From IMG/VR virus record IMGVR_UViG_3300029319_000005, positions 64,001 through 128,000 of that record: a stretch of 64,000 bases of DNA; one strand, written 5' to 3'. This DNA comes from a virus. How positions within the stretch are numbered: position 1 is the first letter of the stretch; each line of letters starts with the position of its first letter. The position numbers were made by a program, and so were the translations under genes. Of this stretch, positions 51,682-61,185 are shown one piece after another. Under the pieces are notes generated by a model, which saw nothing but the letters and a program-made list of their open reading frames with translations, was not told where the DNA came from and searched no databases.

Positions 51682-51710
51682 AGGATAGCACACGAATATT
51701 CATAAATTAA
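51682..51710 (-). promoter_or_regulatory. Extended -10 promoter (TGcTATCCT)
   Basis: TTAATT-17-TATCCT with TG, in the intergenic gap before 51664. Confidence 0.4.
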
Positions 51711-51715
51711 AAATT

Positions 51716-53029
51716 TTAAAGAATCTTTGCCGCCAAAGTCGCTGTTTTGGATCTTTCGCCTTTTTTAAGGGTAATGTGTCCTGCCAAAGATTGTGATTTG
51801 AATTTTTCAATCGCATGCGATAAGCCGTTGGAAGTGGCGTCCAAATAAACGTTATCAATTTGTTCGATATCCCCCGTTAAAATTATTTTTGTATTTTCAC
51901 CCACACGGGTAATAATAGTCTTAAGCTCGTGAACAGATAGATTCTGAGCTTCATCTATTATTATATAGGCATTAGATATTGAACGTCCCCTGATATATGA
52001 AAGAGCTTCAATTTCTATTGTTCCATTTTCAAACATTAATTCCATGGTGGATTTGTTGCCTGACATTAAGTATTCCAAGTTATCCTGTACAGGCATTAGC
52101 CACGGGCTCATCTTTTCTTCTAAAGTACCGGGCAGAAATCCAATATCTTTCCCCACTGGCTGTATGGGTCTCGACACGACAAGTTTCTTATATTTTTTGC
52201 TTCTTTCTTCTAACACCTGCTCTAAGCCCGCTGCTAAAGCAAGAAGTGTTTTTCCCGAACCAGCCCTTCCTATTATACTTACTATTGGTATATCTGGGTC
52301 CATAAGAAGGTCAAGAGCAAACATTTGTTCTTTGTTTCTTGGACTAACATTCCAAACCCCATCCGAATAACCATGAACTTTTTTTATCGGACTGTTGTAG
52401 TCTCTGAACTTAGTAAGACATGTCTTCTTTTCGTTTGCATTTGAAACGAGCATTATATATTGGTTTGGTTGTATGATTACGTCTTCTTTGTCAAAATATA
52501 TTTCTTCCCCTTCGTAGATCCTATCGACCAATTGGTCGTCTACAAGATGAGAGAGCACCCCAGTATAGAGTTCATCTGTATTTTCGATCGCGTCTTCTGT
52601 AATAAAATCTTCAGACTGTATTTCAAGAGAATCACACTTTACGCGCATGTTTATGTCTCTAGATATAACAATAACTTTTCTTCTAGACGAGTTTTGTATT
52701 TCTGTTAACGCAGTACAAATTATTTGGTTGTCTGCACTGGCCATATCAAATCCAAATGGAACATCATCTAGTGCGTAATCTTTAACAAAAAGCTTTCCTA
52801 GTCCTGTTGCCAGTCTAACGCCTTTATGCAGATTTCCCTTTGCTCTCAAAGAGTCAAGAATTCTAATCGTATTTCTAGCATTTACTCCAACACCGTCTTG
52901 TCTTTTTTTATGTTTATCTATCTCATCTAGAACCTTTAGGGGAACTACTATGTCATTGTTTTTATAAAGAAAGATAGAATTTGCATTAGTTAAAAAAACA
53001 TTAGTATCAAGAATATAAGTTTTTTTCAT
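51716..53029 (-). CDS. phoH: PIN-PhoH (PhoH2/YlaK-type) protein
   Basis: PIN motifs 'ILDTNV', 'ADNQI', 'SRDINMR'. PhoH motifs 'GRAGSGKT', 'IGFLPG', 'IRGRS', 'DEAQN', 'GD..QID'. Confidence 0.92.
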   Translation of the reverse strand: MKKTYILDTNVFLTNANSIFLYKNNDIVVPLKVLDEIDKHKKRQDGVGVNARNTIRILDSLRAKGNLHKGVRLATGLGKLFVKDYALDDVPFGFDMASADNQIICTALTEIQNSSRRKVIVISRDINMRVKCDSLEIQSEDFITEDAIENTDELYTGVLSHLVDDQLVDRIYEGEEIYFDKEDVIIQPNQYIMLVSNANEKKTCLTKFRDYNSPIKKVHGYSDGVWNVSPRNKEQMFALDLLMDPDIPIVSIIGRAGSGKTLLALAAGLEQVLEERSKKYKKLVVSRPIQPVGKDIGFLPGTLEEKMSPWLMPVQDNLEYLMSGNKSTMELMFENGTIEIEALSYIRGRSISNAYIIIDEAQNLSVHELKTIITRVGENTKIILTGDIEQIDNVYLDATSNGLSHAIEKFKSQSLAGHITLKKGERSKTATLAAKIL

Positions 53030-53048
53030 GTTACTTCCTGCGTATAAG

Positions 53049-53081
53049 TAAATAGTGGTAATTGAATCTTTACACTAGTTA
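53049..53081. promoter_or_regulatory. Divergent pair of CTAnTTA motifs
   Basis: CTATTTA on - (53055-53049) points to phoH; CTAGTTA on + (53075-53081) points to the protease. Confidence 0.5.
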
Positions 53082-53112
53082 TTATGCAGGAGTTGGGCCT
53101 AAAACGATACTT

Positions 53113-53853
53113 ATGAAACTTAAAAAAATACTTTCTTGTTTATTTTTAATAGTGTTAACGTCTTCATGTGTTAGGCCAGATATGACTTCGGATATAAGTG
53201 TTGGAAAGATACTTCCGAGAAAGTCTTTTGTAAAGGTAATAACTACATACAGGGCAACATCTTGTGTTGAGCCTAAAAGCGAGAAAGACGCCGGTAATCA
53301 ATGTGATTATCACTTTTTAAACACAACCTCCTCTGGTGCTGTGGTGAAGGCCAGGAAGGATGGGTCTTTTATCTTAACGACAGGTCACTCTTGTTCTAGC
53401 AAGAATATACAGTACGCGCCAAATCCAGAAGCCATTATAGATGTTGAACTTTTTGTTTTTGACATAAGAGGCGGTAAACACATAGCAAAAATAATTAAGA
53501 TTGATGAAGTAAAAGACATGTGTATGCTACATGTTCCAAGTTTAGTTTGGACTCCGGTAAAAATAAGCTATGTAGAGCCTAAAAAAGGAGACAAAATTTA
53601 CAATCTTTCTGCTCCACAGGGTGTTTTTCAAAAAGACACCGTAGTCATATTAGAAGGTAGATATACAGGATATTTTTGGGGATATTCAATGTATACAGTT
53701 CCAGCAATTGGCGGATCTTCCGGCTCACCTTTGTTTAATAAATCAGGTAAGTTAATCGGAATGATACATTCAGTTCACAGAAGATTTCATCATCTATCGT
53801 TTTCTCCAAAGCACAAAGAGTTGATAGATTTTATTAAAAGTAATACAAAATAA
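53113..53853 (+). CDS. Trypsin-like (S1) serine protease, predicted lipoprotein
   Basis: ATG 53113 gives MKLKKILSCLFLIVLTSS-C (lipobox). Catalytic triad 'TTGH', 'KDMC', 'GGSSGSP'. Confidence 0.85.
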   Translation: MKLKKILSCLFLIVLTSSCVRPDMTSDISVGKILPRKSFVKVITTYRATSCVEPKSEKDAGNQCDYHFLNTTSSGAVVKARKDGSFILTTGHSCSSKNIQYAPNPEAIIDVELFVFDIRGGKHIAKIIKIDEVKDMCMLHVPSLVWTPVKISYVEPKKGDKIYNLSAPQGVFQKDTVVILEGRYTGYFWGYSMYTVPAIGGSSGSPLFNKSGKLIGMIHSVHRRFHHLSFSPKHKELIDFIKSNTK

Positions 53854-53857
53854 TCTA

Positions 53858-54646
53858 TTACGGATGATCTTCTACAATATCTGATGCTTCCATGTTTGTC
53901 GCAGTTCCATTCCCCCCACCTCTTCCAAGATCAGTTAGCTCAGGAAAATTATTGAAATCAGGCCCGTTGCCAAAGATATAGTAGTGTTCTGGGAATAGCT
54001 CCCTTTCGTTAAAGCACTTGCCATTATTATAAACAATCCCGGCTTTAGTAGAGCTAAGCTCATAATCATAGATTGCTAATTGAGCTATTTTTCCTGTAAC
54101 CGGAAAAGATAGGCTAGAGCCGCCAACAAGTCGTGCTCCTATAGTAAAAACATCAGGAAGCAAAACTCCAGCACCTACAGAAATAGTAGTTGGGTTGCCG
54201 CCATCAAAATATCCTTTCAGGGTGTCTGACCCATTGTATGTAACGAGTAGATGATGCCATGCATCATCGTCTTGACCGGCATCGGACAAGGGCAACCCTG
54301 ACCCGCTTCCCCAAAGCCTTCCAGATCCAGCTTTCCATCCAAAGATACGAACAGTGCCATTTGCGGCAAGGGAACACCAATATCTAACATTATTATCAGA
54401 AGTCTTGGTAAATGACCATAAAGCGTGATAAGCAGGAGTAGTAAATGCAGGCGTTCTAAACCATACAGACACACTATGAGGTTTGCTGTTAAATTCTATC
54501 GGTTTAACAGCGCCGTCGCCTCTTACGTATTCATTTGTGCCACCGAAATTATAACATCTATCGCCTGTCGGCAAGGTTAAATTAGAGGATCTCGATGATG
54601 ATATTTTTATTTTATTTGTAGAAGAAACAAAGTTTACTTTAGACAT
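53858..54646 (-). CDS. LamG/concanavalin-A-like domain protein, probably a virion decoration
   Basis: 'SVSVWF', 'DDAWHHLLVTY', 'YFDG', 'GKI.QL.IYD.ELS'. Start at ATG 54646. Confidence 0.75.
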   Translation of the reverse strand: MSKVNFVSSTNKIKISSSRSSNLTLPTGDRCYNFGGTNEYVRGDGAVKPIEFNSKPHSVSVWFRTPAFTTPAYHALWSFTKTSDNNVRYWCSLAANGTVRIFGWKAGSGRLWGSGSGLPLSDAGQDDDAWHHLLVTYNGSDTLKGYFDGGNPTTISVGAGVLLPDVFTIGARLVGGSSLSFPVTGKIAQLAIYDYELSSTKAGIVYNNGKCFNERELFPEHYYIFGNGPDFNNFPELTDLGRGGGNGTATNMEASDIVEDHP

Positions 54647-54664
54647 TTTTGTTACCCTTTCAAA

Positions 54665-54671
54665 TAAGTAG
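54665..54671 (-). promoter_or_regulatory. CTAnTTA candidate late promoter (CTACTTA)
   Basis: 18 nt before ATG 54646. Confidence 0.5.
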
Positions 54672-55151
54672 TCATTTAGAGTGTTTATCAGCAATAGAAG
54701 CTGCCGCAAATGCATGTGGTTTGATCTTGCAGTTAAAGCCTGCCCCCTTTGCGTATCCTACCAACATATCAGAAAATCTACTAGTGGCCTGCTGTCTATC
54801 TGTTGCCGAAACGTCTAAATGAATATCAATATCTATAACAGGATTGTGTTCAAGAAGAACCATACCTATTTCAACAGAATCTTGAACCTCTTTCATTATT
54901 CTTTGTAAAAGAGTTGAAAATCTTTTCTTTTTAAAAGTGACTCTTCTTATAAAATATCTTCCACCGGATTGTCCATCAGCGCCATATAAACATATAGCTG
55001 TCGAGAATATACACTCTTGCTTTCTTATAAAGCTATCACTCCCAACAGAAACTTGCCCATCTTTTTCAGTGTGGTCTTTTATTATATCAACAATTTCGGA
55101 AAATGATAGTGCTTCTCCGGCTCCTGTATTCCATGTATGATCATCTTTCAT
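54672..55151 (-). CDS. RNase H-like YkuK (DUF458) family protein
   Basis: 'VGSDS', 'GGRYF', 'RI..E...S', 'IHLD', 'IKP.A.AA..IAD'. Confidence 0.75.
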   Translation of the reverse strand: MKDDHTWNTGAGEALSFSEIVDIIKDHTEKDGQVSVGSDSFIRKQECIFSTAICLYGADGQSGGRYFIRRVTFKKKRFSTLLQRIMKEVQDSVEIGMVLLEHNPVIDIDIHLDVSATDRQQATSRFSDMLVGYAKGAGFNCKIKPHAFAAASIADKHSK

Positions 55152-55701
55152 TATATTTCCTTACATAATCATACATCGCAATTCCAGAGGTTGTCCCAAC
55201 GTTCATACTTCTAACAGATCCATACTGCCTTATTGATATAACATGGTCCGCAAGTTCTAACATTTCAGGAGTCACCCCTTCCCCCTCCTCTCCAAAAATC
55301 ATCAAAGCGTTTTCAGGCCATTCAAAATCTTCCATGGGAACAACGCCTTCAATGTTATTGTCAAGACAAACAAAAGTATAGCTTTCCTTCAACTTCCACA
55401 AGTCATCAAAAGTATCGATATGTTTTAAATCAATATAATGATGGGTGCCAACAGCGCCTCGACGGTCATACTTTTTTTGACCAACATAGAAGACTTCCCT
55501 GGCGTTAAAGGCATTTGAATTCCTGATCAACGTACCGATATTAAAATCCCCTTTCCAGTGTTCCATTAGAACAGCAAAAGGATGTTTAGTAAGATCTAGA
55601 GATTCTTTTATCTCTTCTTTAGTCTTGCCTTTGAATTCGTCAACTACGTTGTATTGCCAACTGTTCCACTGAATATTTTGTCTTTGAGTTTTTCCTGACA
55701 C
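55141..55701 (-). CDS. trmH: SpoU/TrmH-family RNA 2'-O-methyltransferase
   Basis: 'NIGTLIR', 'FGEEGEGV', 'I.QYG.VRS.NV..GIAMY'. Confidence 0.85.
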   Translation of the reverse strand: MSGKTQRQNIQWNSWQYNVVDEFKGKTKEEIKESLDLTKHPFAVLMEHWKGDFNIGTLIRNSNAFNAREVFYVGQKKYDRRGAVGTHHYIDLKHIDTFDDLWKLKESYTFVCLDNNIEGVVPMEDFEWPENALMIFGEEGEGVTPEMLELADHVISIRQYGSVRSMNVGTTSGIAMYDYVRKYNER

Positions 55702-55940
55702 GGGTCCTCCACTGTAAGTCTCTGATTGAATATTTTCCTATGCTCATCTAGAATAGCTTTAGCGGCAGATTCTAGATCTTCAAAAGATCCTATACAAGAG
55801 AGCCTTTCATTGCAGTATGCCATGTAAGTGCATATATGCTTGTCTTCAATTTTACAAGCTAGTTCACCAATTAGTATTGATTTATACCAAACATCTACCA
55901 TAGTAGTGTGAGGTTTTTTTGTAAAAGCGAAGTTGGACAT
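55644..55940 (-). CDS. Hypothetical protein
   Basis: 98-aa ORF with GAGGAG SD. Confidence 0.55.
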   Translation of the reverse strand: MSNFAFTKKPHTTMVDVWYKSILIGELACKIEDKHICTYMAYCNERLSCIGSFEDLESAAKAILDEHRKIFNQRLTVEDPCQEKLKDKIFSGTVGNTT

Positions 55941-55941
55941 A

Positions 55942-56142
55942 TTACTCCTCTGGACCTATTTCTCTTAGCATATAGTCCATACTAGTTGTGGCTGGCCAAG
56001 CATCTCCGATACGCCAAACAGAGTCAGCGTCAGTACAGCAAACAGGCACAAGCCTTTCGGGATTGGTGTCTTTTTCTGTTTTCACTTCTTCGCACCCGAA
56101 TAGCGCGAAAGACAATAATATAATAAGTAATAAATTCTTCAT
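55942..56142 (-). CDS. Small predicted lipoprotein
   Basis: MKNLLLIILLSFALFG-C lipobox. Confidence 0.65.
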   Translation of the reverse strand: MKNLLLIILLSFALFGCEEVKTEKDTNPERLVPVCCTDADSVWRIGDAWPATTSMDYMLREIGPEE

Positions 56143-56426
56143 TCTATCTTCTCCAGATGTTTAAAATCATCAGTTTGGAAGTATAAGTATTCCCCATTAG
56201 AAGAAAAGAACTTATGCAATGTAATTTTCATCCAGTTATCAAAAACTTTTTCGGTTCCAACATAAACCATGGGCTTAAATAAATGGCTCGGAGTTCGCTT
56301 CTTCTGGCTCTCGGATATGTTCCCCCAAACAACCTTATTGATCTCGCCGTTAAAAGAAATAATAGGCCAAATTCTTTTAGGACTCTCTATTATAGCCATA
56401 TCGCCTTTTTTTATATCTTCTATCAA
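56139..56426 (-). CDS. Hypothetical protein
   Basis: 95 aa with coupled stop/start on both sides. Confidence 0.6.
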   Translation of the reverse strand: MIEDIKKGDMAIIESPKRIWPIISFNGEINKVVWGNISESQKKRTPSHLFKPMVYVGTEKVFDNWMKITLHKFFSSNGEYLYFQTDDFKHLEKIE

Positions 56427-56878
56427 TTTAGAAACTCGCTAAGGCAATCCGACAAAGCCGATAAGGCCGATATGTCGCTCATTCTATGATCTTCACCGAT
56501 TTCTATTAGCTTGACTCCATCATTGTTTATCATAATCTTGGAGCTATCAAGATACGGCACAACATCATCTTTAAAAGAATGTAAGACTTTTGTACCATAA
56601 GGGACGGTCGGATGAACTCCATATTTCTCCCAAGCAGGAGCTATCAAAATAAGATTAGTAGTAAAATGAGCTACCTGCATCGCCAACGCTCCGCCTCTCG
56701 ATGATCCTATCACCACGTCAGGTTTGCTTAACATCATTTCCGATGCGATCTTAACGCTATCAGACCAACTATCCTTTGGTAAGGATGGGTTCAGCACCTC
56801 GTGTCCTAGACTTTCAAGGTGCCTTACCTTACTTCCTCCAGGTCTTGACTCCAAGCCGTGCAAAAAAAGTATCTTCAA
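56423..56878 (-). CDS. Alpha/beta hydrolase (YqiA/YcfP-like esterase)
   Basis: 'FLHGLES', 'GSSRGG', 'DDVVP', 'DH'. Likely TTG start at 56878 (TTGA overlap, GGAG SD). Confidence 0.8.
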   Translation of the reverse strand: MKILFLHGLESRPGGSKVRHLESLGHEVLNPSLPKDSWSDSVKIASEMMLSKPDVVIGSSRGGALAMQVAHFTTNLILIAPAWEKYGVHPTVPYGTKVLHSFKDDVVPYLDSSKIMINNDGVKLIEIGEDHRMSDISALSALSDCLSEFLN

Positions 56879-57078
56879 TTTTCTTTCTCCATTTGGCTTT
56901 GTCGATAGCAGGCGCATCCCCTCTCCAGAACTGTTATTTTTCGCAGTAAAGTGTCTCTCTCAGATTGCAGTGACACGAACTGTTGAGTCATTTCCCAACA
57001 CCACTTTATAAGATCACCATCTGTAATCTCATTAGAGCTTAAAACTCTCTCTCTAAATTCATCAAGCGTTTCTTTCAT
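56875..57078 (-). CDS. Small hypothetical protein, probably on a leaderless mRNA
   Basis: 67 aa; ATG is 7 nt after a TATAAT box. Confidence 0.6.
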   Translation of the reverse strand: MKETLDEFRERVLSSNEITDGDLIKWCWEMTQQFVSLQSERDTLLRKITVLERGCACYRQSQMEKEN

Positions 57079-57085
57079 GATTTAT

Positions 57086-57112
57086 ATTATACACAAAAAA
57101 AAGAATAAGTCA

Positions 57113-57113
<1 letters not shown>
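57086..57113 (-). promoter_or_regulatory. Near-consensus sigma70 promoter
   Basis: TTGACT-16 nt-TATAAT. Confidence 0.7.
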
Positions 57114-57186
<73 letters not shown>

Positions 57187-57191
57187 ATCTA

Positions 57192-57809
57192 CTAGATTAT
57201 TTCGTCTATGAGTCCATACTTAAGACAGGTTTTTGCATCCCACCAGAGATCATGTTTTAGGATCTCGCCAAGCTGCTTTTTAGGAATTTTGGTATTTTCC
57301 TCGTATATTTTTTTAATTGTTTTCATCAAAAGATCACAATTTTGTAAGTCATCTTTCATGTCTTCATACTTGCCCCACATCCCGGAAGACAATTGGTGTA
57401 TTAGCATAAAAGAATGTTCACGCATGTATCTCTTGTCGCCAACAACACTCATAAGAGTCGCTGCCGAGGCTGCACATCCATCGATAATAGTATTTACAGG
57501 AACCTTGCAATTCTTGATATAGTCCACGCTGGAAAAGCCCGCAAAAACACTGCCACCGTAAGAATTAATGTGCAAGTTTATATGGATGTCCGGAACGTCC
57601 AATATATTAGCACTGTTGCTGTATCTGTTGGATAAGGTGACTATGTACTTATTTAAGTACAGATTGTTCGGTCGAGTTACTTCAGAATAGAAGTAAATAT
57701 TGTTATTCTCCCACTCAATCTTGTTGTTTGGTCCAAACCCTGTTCCTTTACTTGTAGTAGTTGTGGTTTGGGGTTTATTTGCTTTTGAAAACCAATAGTC
57801 TTCGTTCAA
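57192..57809 (-). CDS. clpP: ClpP-family protease subunit
   Basis: 'INSYGGSV', 'GCAASAAT' (Ser), 'LIHQ' (His), 'D.W...LKYGLIDEI'. TTG start with AGGAG SD. Confidence 0.85.
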   Translation of the reverse strand: MNEDYWFSKANKPQTTTTTSKGTGFGPNNKIEWENNNIYFYSEVTRPNNLYLNKYIVTLSNRYSNSANILDVPDIHINLHINSYGGSVFAGFSSVDYIKNCKVPVNTIIDGCAASAATLMSVVGDKRYMREHSFMLIHQLSSGMWGKYEDMKDDLQNCDLLMKTIKKIYEENTKIPKKQLGEILKHDLWWDAKTCLKYGLIDEII

Positions 57810-57834
57810 AACTATTCTCCTAAATAACTTACAA

Positions 57835-57863
57835 ATTATAGCACATAACTTACTTTTTTTAAA
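57835..57863 (-). promoter_or_regulatory. Extended -10 promoter for clpP and tRNA-Thr
   Basis: TTTAAA-17 nt-TATAAT with extended TG. Confidence 0.6.
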
Positions 57864-57875
57864 TCAAATTTGGAA

Positions 57876-58766
57876 TTATCTAAAGTTGGCATAACCTATG
57901 TCAATAATAGCTATCTGTCCATTTTTTTCCATAATGTTTGAAGTTTTCAAATCATTAAAGATAATGCCATTGTCGTATAAAAAAGTTAGTCCGGATGCAA
58001 GTTGGTTAAGATATAAACTTCTCGGGTCACTTAAAACTTTATTTGCGTGTTCTGTTGCCGACAGAGAGTCAGATAAAGTAGAATTATACATACCGACACT
58101 TAAGGTCCAAAATTCAGTAAAAAGTCTTTTTTGTAGTTCATCCCATCCTAAAGTATTAGAAATAGAATCAATTTTTGGTTCTATCGAGTCCCACTTATTG
58201 GAAGAAGGAGTTAAAACGATGGAATCCTTAGACAGGGCATTCAAAAATTGTTTTATAAGATTCTCTGCTTCAGATAAGTAAGATTCTTTCCACTGGTAGT
58301 AAAACTTATCTTTTTTTATTTTATGGAACATAAGCTCTGCTACATCAACCATTAATCTATTTGGATATTCTAAGTAAGAATATACAATGGCGTATCTCTG
58401 ATTTTCCAAAGGTCTAAATTCTACGGGCAACTCTTGTGCTTTATAAATTGTGTAAACATTCGGGTGTTCTTTACCAGCTATCATTTTAGCGGCGCGATAC
58501 TCTGTGTCATCCGACGTTATCTTCAACACTTTTTTATCAAACAAATAGGCAGAACCTTTTGATCCAGAACCAAGAAAATCAGGGTCTCCCTTTAGATCTC
58601 CCCATTTTTTAAATGATTCTATAGCCCTAGAAGTAAGAGGTATTCTTTTTTGTTCATCAGTTACTTTAGCTAAAGAATCATTAATAAATCTTCTTCCGCT
58701 GTCTAATGTATTGATACGCTCGTCTAGACTTTTATATGCTCTCCATCCTGCAAAAATATCTCGCAT
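57876..58766 (-). CDS. Protein-kinase-like (PKL fold) enzyme with N-terminal WR leader
   Basis: Gly loop 'LGSGSKGSAY', 'VLKIT', 'E', 'HPNV', 'DLKTSNIM', 'IIDIG'. Confidence 0.75.
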   Translation of the reverse strand: MRDIFAGWRAYKSLDERINTLDSGRRFINDSLAKVTDEQKRIPLTSRAIESFKKWGDLKGDPDFLGSGSKGSAYLFDKKVLKITSDDTEYRAAKMIAGKEHPNVYTIYKAQELPVEFRPLENQRYAIVYSYLEYPNRLMVDVAELMFHKIKKDKFYYQWKESYLSEAENLIKQFLNALSKDSIVLTPSSNKWDSIEPKIDSISNTLGWDELQKRLFTEFWTLSVGMYNSTLSDSLSATEHANKVLSDPRSLYLNQLASGLTFLYDNGIIFNDLKTSNIMEKNGQIAIIDIGYANFR

Positions 58767-58767
58767 G

Positions 58768-59352
58768 TTATTTCTCTATGTCTTCTAATAGACGAGATAT
58801 CGCCCAGCGTTTATTACGAGAAAAATTCTCGTAATACTCTATTTCGGCAGCTTCTTTGAAATGAAATGGACGCCCCTTAACCCGCGACATAAATTCTGAT
58901 TCTTCGCCCATCTTAATCCCACCAACATCCATTGTCTCACCAAAAGGGGGGTATTCATTGTCAGGCCTAGTTCCTACAAGAAAAGCGTCGCTCGCGCCGC
59001 GAGGTATTAGAAGAACAGAGTCTTGCTCGTACTCAATGCCAAAATTTTCTATCGATTTAAAGAAATTAGGCTTATTATGTTTGTTTACAACAAGCAGGCT
59101 CTCTTCTGTAACTTCTACTGCCTCTGGAGTTTCAAAGTTTTCAATAAATGAGCCCACAAGTTTAGCGACACCATAGCCTCTTTTGAGTAGACGAGCTTTT
59201 AATATTTGTCCTTTTTCTTTGTTCTCTTTTGCGGTATTTTCTGCACGATAAGCAGAAATGATAGCAGTGTCGTATTCTTTCATATGAGAGTAAAATCTAG
59301 ATAAAGATGATTCTGCTAAAAATATTCTCCATTCATGTAGTATATCTTGCAT
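58768..59352 (-). CDS. DUF3293-like phage protein with N-terminal WR leader
   Basis: 'IISAYR..EN..L...L...GY...G..E.S.LV...G..Y.QDSVL' pattern. Confidence 0.5.
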   Translation of the reverse strand: MQDILHEWRIFLAESSLSRFYSHMKEYDTAIISAYRAENTAKENKEKGQILKARLLKRGYGVAKLVGSFIENFETPEAVEVTEESLLVVNKHNKPNFFKSIENFGIEYEQDSVLLIPRGASDAFLVGTRPDNEYPPFGETMDVGGIKMGEESEFMSRVKGRPFHFKEAAEIEYYENFSRNKRWAISRLLEDIEK

Positions 59353-59372
59353 AATTTTTAGTGCCTCGCTAG

Positions 59373-59416
59373 TAAGTAGGGTTCGTCAAATAAAAGATAT
59401 CTAATATATCTACTTA
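59373..59416. promoter_or_regulatory. Divergent pair of CTACTTA motifs
   Basis: CTACTTA on - (59379-59373) and on + (59410-59416), each pointing to a gene start. Confidence 0.55.
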
Positions 59417-59423
59417 CTATACT

Positions 59424-60041
59424 ATGAGCAAAGTCTCAACAAATAAGTCTAACATAGAAAAAGAAAAATTCAAGAAAAGATTTCAGAAAAGAACAATGTT
59501 AGAAATCTCCGCCTTAGTTCTTGAACTTGAAGAGGCTGAAGAGTTGGACATAGAGTACAGCAAAAAGTTTTCTGCGGACTTTAAGGATGAGTTAAAGTAT
59601 AAAGCTGCTCTCTTAGACGAGATTGAAAATGCTCCTACAGAGGAGGAAAACATCTCAAAGTCTAAAAAGTCAGAGCCACATGATTTTATAAAAACTCTAT
59701 ACAGAGAAATAGCTAAAAAGACACATCCTGACAGATTTGGAGATGAGTACCAAGACCAATTTAAAACTGCCAGTGTTGCCTATGAAGAAGAGGAGTGGCT
59801 TACACTGCTAATGATAGCTGCCGATTTAAGTATTAACATGCCCCTCTTTGATCAAGATGCTCAACAAATAATAAGTAAAGAGATAGAACACAAAAGACGA
59901 TTACTAGAAAAAAAGAAAGAGTCCCTAGTATGGGCCTGGGCTTCGTCGGATGACTGTCCAGAGACAAGGCGCAAAGCTAGGTCTTACATGGACATCGATG
60001 AAGATAAATTCCAAGAATTTTTAAAAAAAGACTCTATGTAG
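59424..60041 (+). CDS. J-domain-like (HPD) coiled-coil protein
   Basis: 'IKTLYREIAKKTHPD..F...SVAYE'. Confidence 0.7.
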   Translation: MSKVSTNKSNIEKEKFKKRFQKRTMLEISALVLELEEAEELDIEYSKKFSADFKDELKYKAALLDEIENAPTEEENISKSKKSEPHDFIKTLYREIAKKTHPDRFGDEYQDQFKTASVAYEEEEWLTLLMIAADLSINMPLFDQDAQQIISKEIEHKRRLLEKKKESLVWAWASSDDCPETRRKARSYMDIDEDKFQEFLKKDSM

Positions 60042-60294
60042 CACCATCAGAGAGGTCCGCAATTTCTTCTTCAGAGTCCTCTAATCTAGTGAAATGAACT
60101 TCCATAAAGCTGTCGTCCGTGAGCCAAACAGGCCTAAACTTTAGGGAATTGTTGTCCTCGCTAATCTCTTGTAAGTCTGGGTTGTGGTTTACGAGATAGT
60201 TAACCACAATCTTTTGTACTTGATCTTTTTCTAGAGAAATGCTACCAAGGTAGGTAACTTCTCCTTCAGCATTTTGTTCAGTATCGGTACTCAT
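60034..60294 (-). CDS. Acidic hypothetical protein
   Basis: 86-aa ORF. Confidence 0.65.
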   Translation of the reverse strand: MSTDTEQNAEGEVTYLGSISLEKDQVQKIVVNYLVNHNPDLQEISEDNNSLKFRPVWLTDDSFMEVHFTRLEDSEEEIADLSDGAT

Positions 60295-60296
60295 TT

Positions 60297-60488
60297 TTAA
60301 TCCTTATTTTCGTATTGTTTGTCTACTGCTGAAACAATTGACCACGTTTCAGATCCTTCTCTACGGTTATTGCACGCTACATAAGCTTCAGTGGAAGCTT
60401 GGGGGAAGGTATGTGCCTCTACAAGTATACTCTCTCTCTTACCAGTTGAAGAGCTTTGTATAATAAATTCAAATTGTTTAATTGGCAT
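60297..60488 (-). CDS. Hypothetical protein
   Basis: 63-aa ORF, tightly packed with neighbours. Confidence 0.6.
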   Translation of the reverse strand: MPIKQFEFIIQSSSTGKRESILVEAHTFPQASTEAYVACNNRREGSETWSIVSAVDKQYENKD

Positions 60489-60492
60489 TTTA

Positions 60493-60726
60493 TTATCCTA
60501 AAATAAGCTTTTTATTTTCTTTAACAGAGGTTTCTTTTTCTTCCAGCACTTCTTCAAGTTGAAGAGAGGCTAGATGTGGGTATTTTTCAAATACTTCAGG
60601 AAGAGTTAATTTTTCTTCTATCTGAATTTTCTTTATCTGTTCTGCTACTTTACCCATCGTTCCCTCTATAAAATTCTTCTTGTACTCTCTTTTCCGTATC
60701 TTCAAACTTTTTTTCGAATTTGTCAA
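60493..60726 (-). CDS. Hypothetical protein (start uncertain)
   Basis: 77-aa ORF overlapping the upstream gene. Confidence 0.55.
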   Translation of the reverse strand: MTNSKKSLKIRKREYKKNFIEGTMGKVAEQIKKIQIEEKLTLPEVFEKYPHLASLQLEEVLEEKETSVKENKKLILG

Positions 60727-60922
60727 TCTTTTTTTTTAAAAGATCGCAGTCTTCCTTATTTCTTATTTCAAGACACCTAGAATATACTTGCATTATAAAC
60801 GCCTGATCTCTACCATCATTGAACCCATGTATATAACCAAGATCATGACTATAATATCTGTTATTTGTACAAGAAATAAAAAGTGGAAGTAATAAAAAGT
60901 TAAGAAATAAAGATCTTACCAT
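60650..60922 (-). CDS. Small predicted lipoprotein
   Basis: MVRSLFLNFLLLPLFIS-C. Confidence 0.55.
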   Translation of the reverse strand: MVRSLFLNFLLLPLFISCTNNRYYSHDLGYIHGFNDGRDQAFIMQVYSRCLEIRNKEDCDLLKKKIDKFEKKFEDTEKRVQEEFYRGNDG

Positions 60923-61173
60923 TTGTGAGTTGGTTCAATCTTCTTTGCTAAGGTTCGAAGATGTTCTGAGAACGTGTTCTGAGTAGTGCTTAGCTGGTTC
61001 TTGAGGATTGCTACTTCGTCAACAAGATCGCTAATCCTGCTTCTCATAGCACCAAGCTTGTTGTTGGTTTCCAGTAGCTGCTCTTGTAAAGCTATAGTCT
61101 TTGTAGATAGCTCTTCATTTGTCTGTAGGTTTAGTAGTCCTTCGTCGACTACATTCTTCTTTCTTCCTGCCAT
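60916..61173 (-). CDS. Coiled-coil hypothetical protein
   Basis: 85 aa with heptad pattern and AGGAG SD. Confidence 0.7.
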   Translation of the reverse strand: MAGRKKNVVDEGLLNLQTNEELSTKTIALQEQLLETNNKLGAMRSRISDLVDEVAILKNQLSTTQNTFSEHLRTLAKKIEPTHKW

Positions 61174-61185
61174 TTTCTAACTCCT

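Noticed and set aside
57192-57809. ClpP as the prohead protease that cleaves the LxE leaders
   Set aside because: It is behind a sigma70-type promoter and away from head genes. LxE specificity is known for T4 gp21-type proteases, which would lie outside this window.
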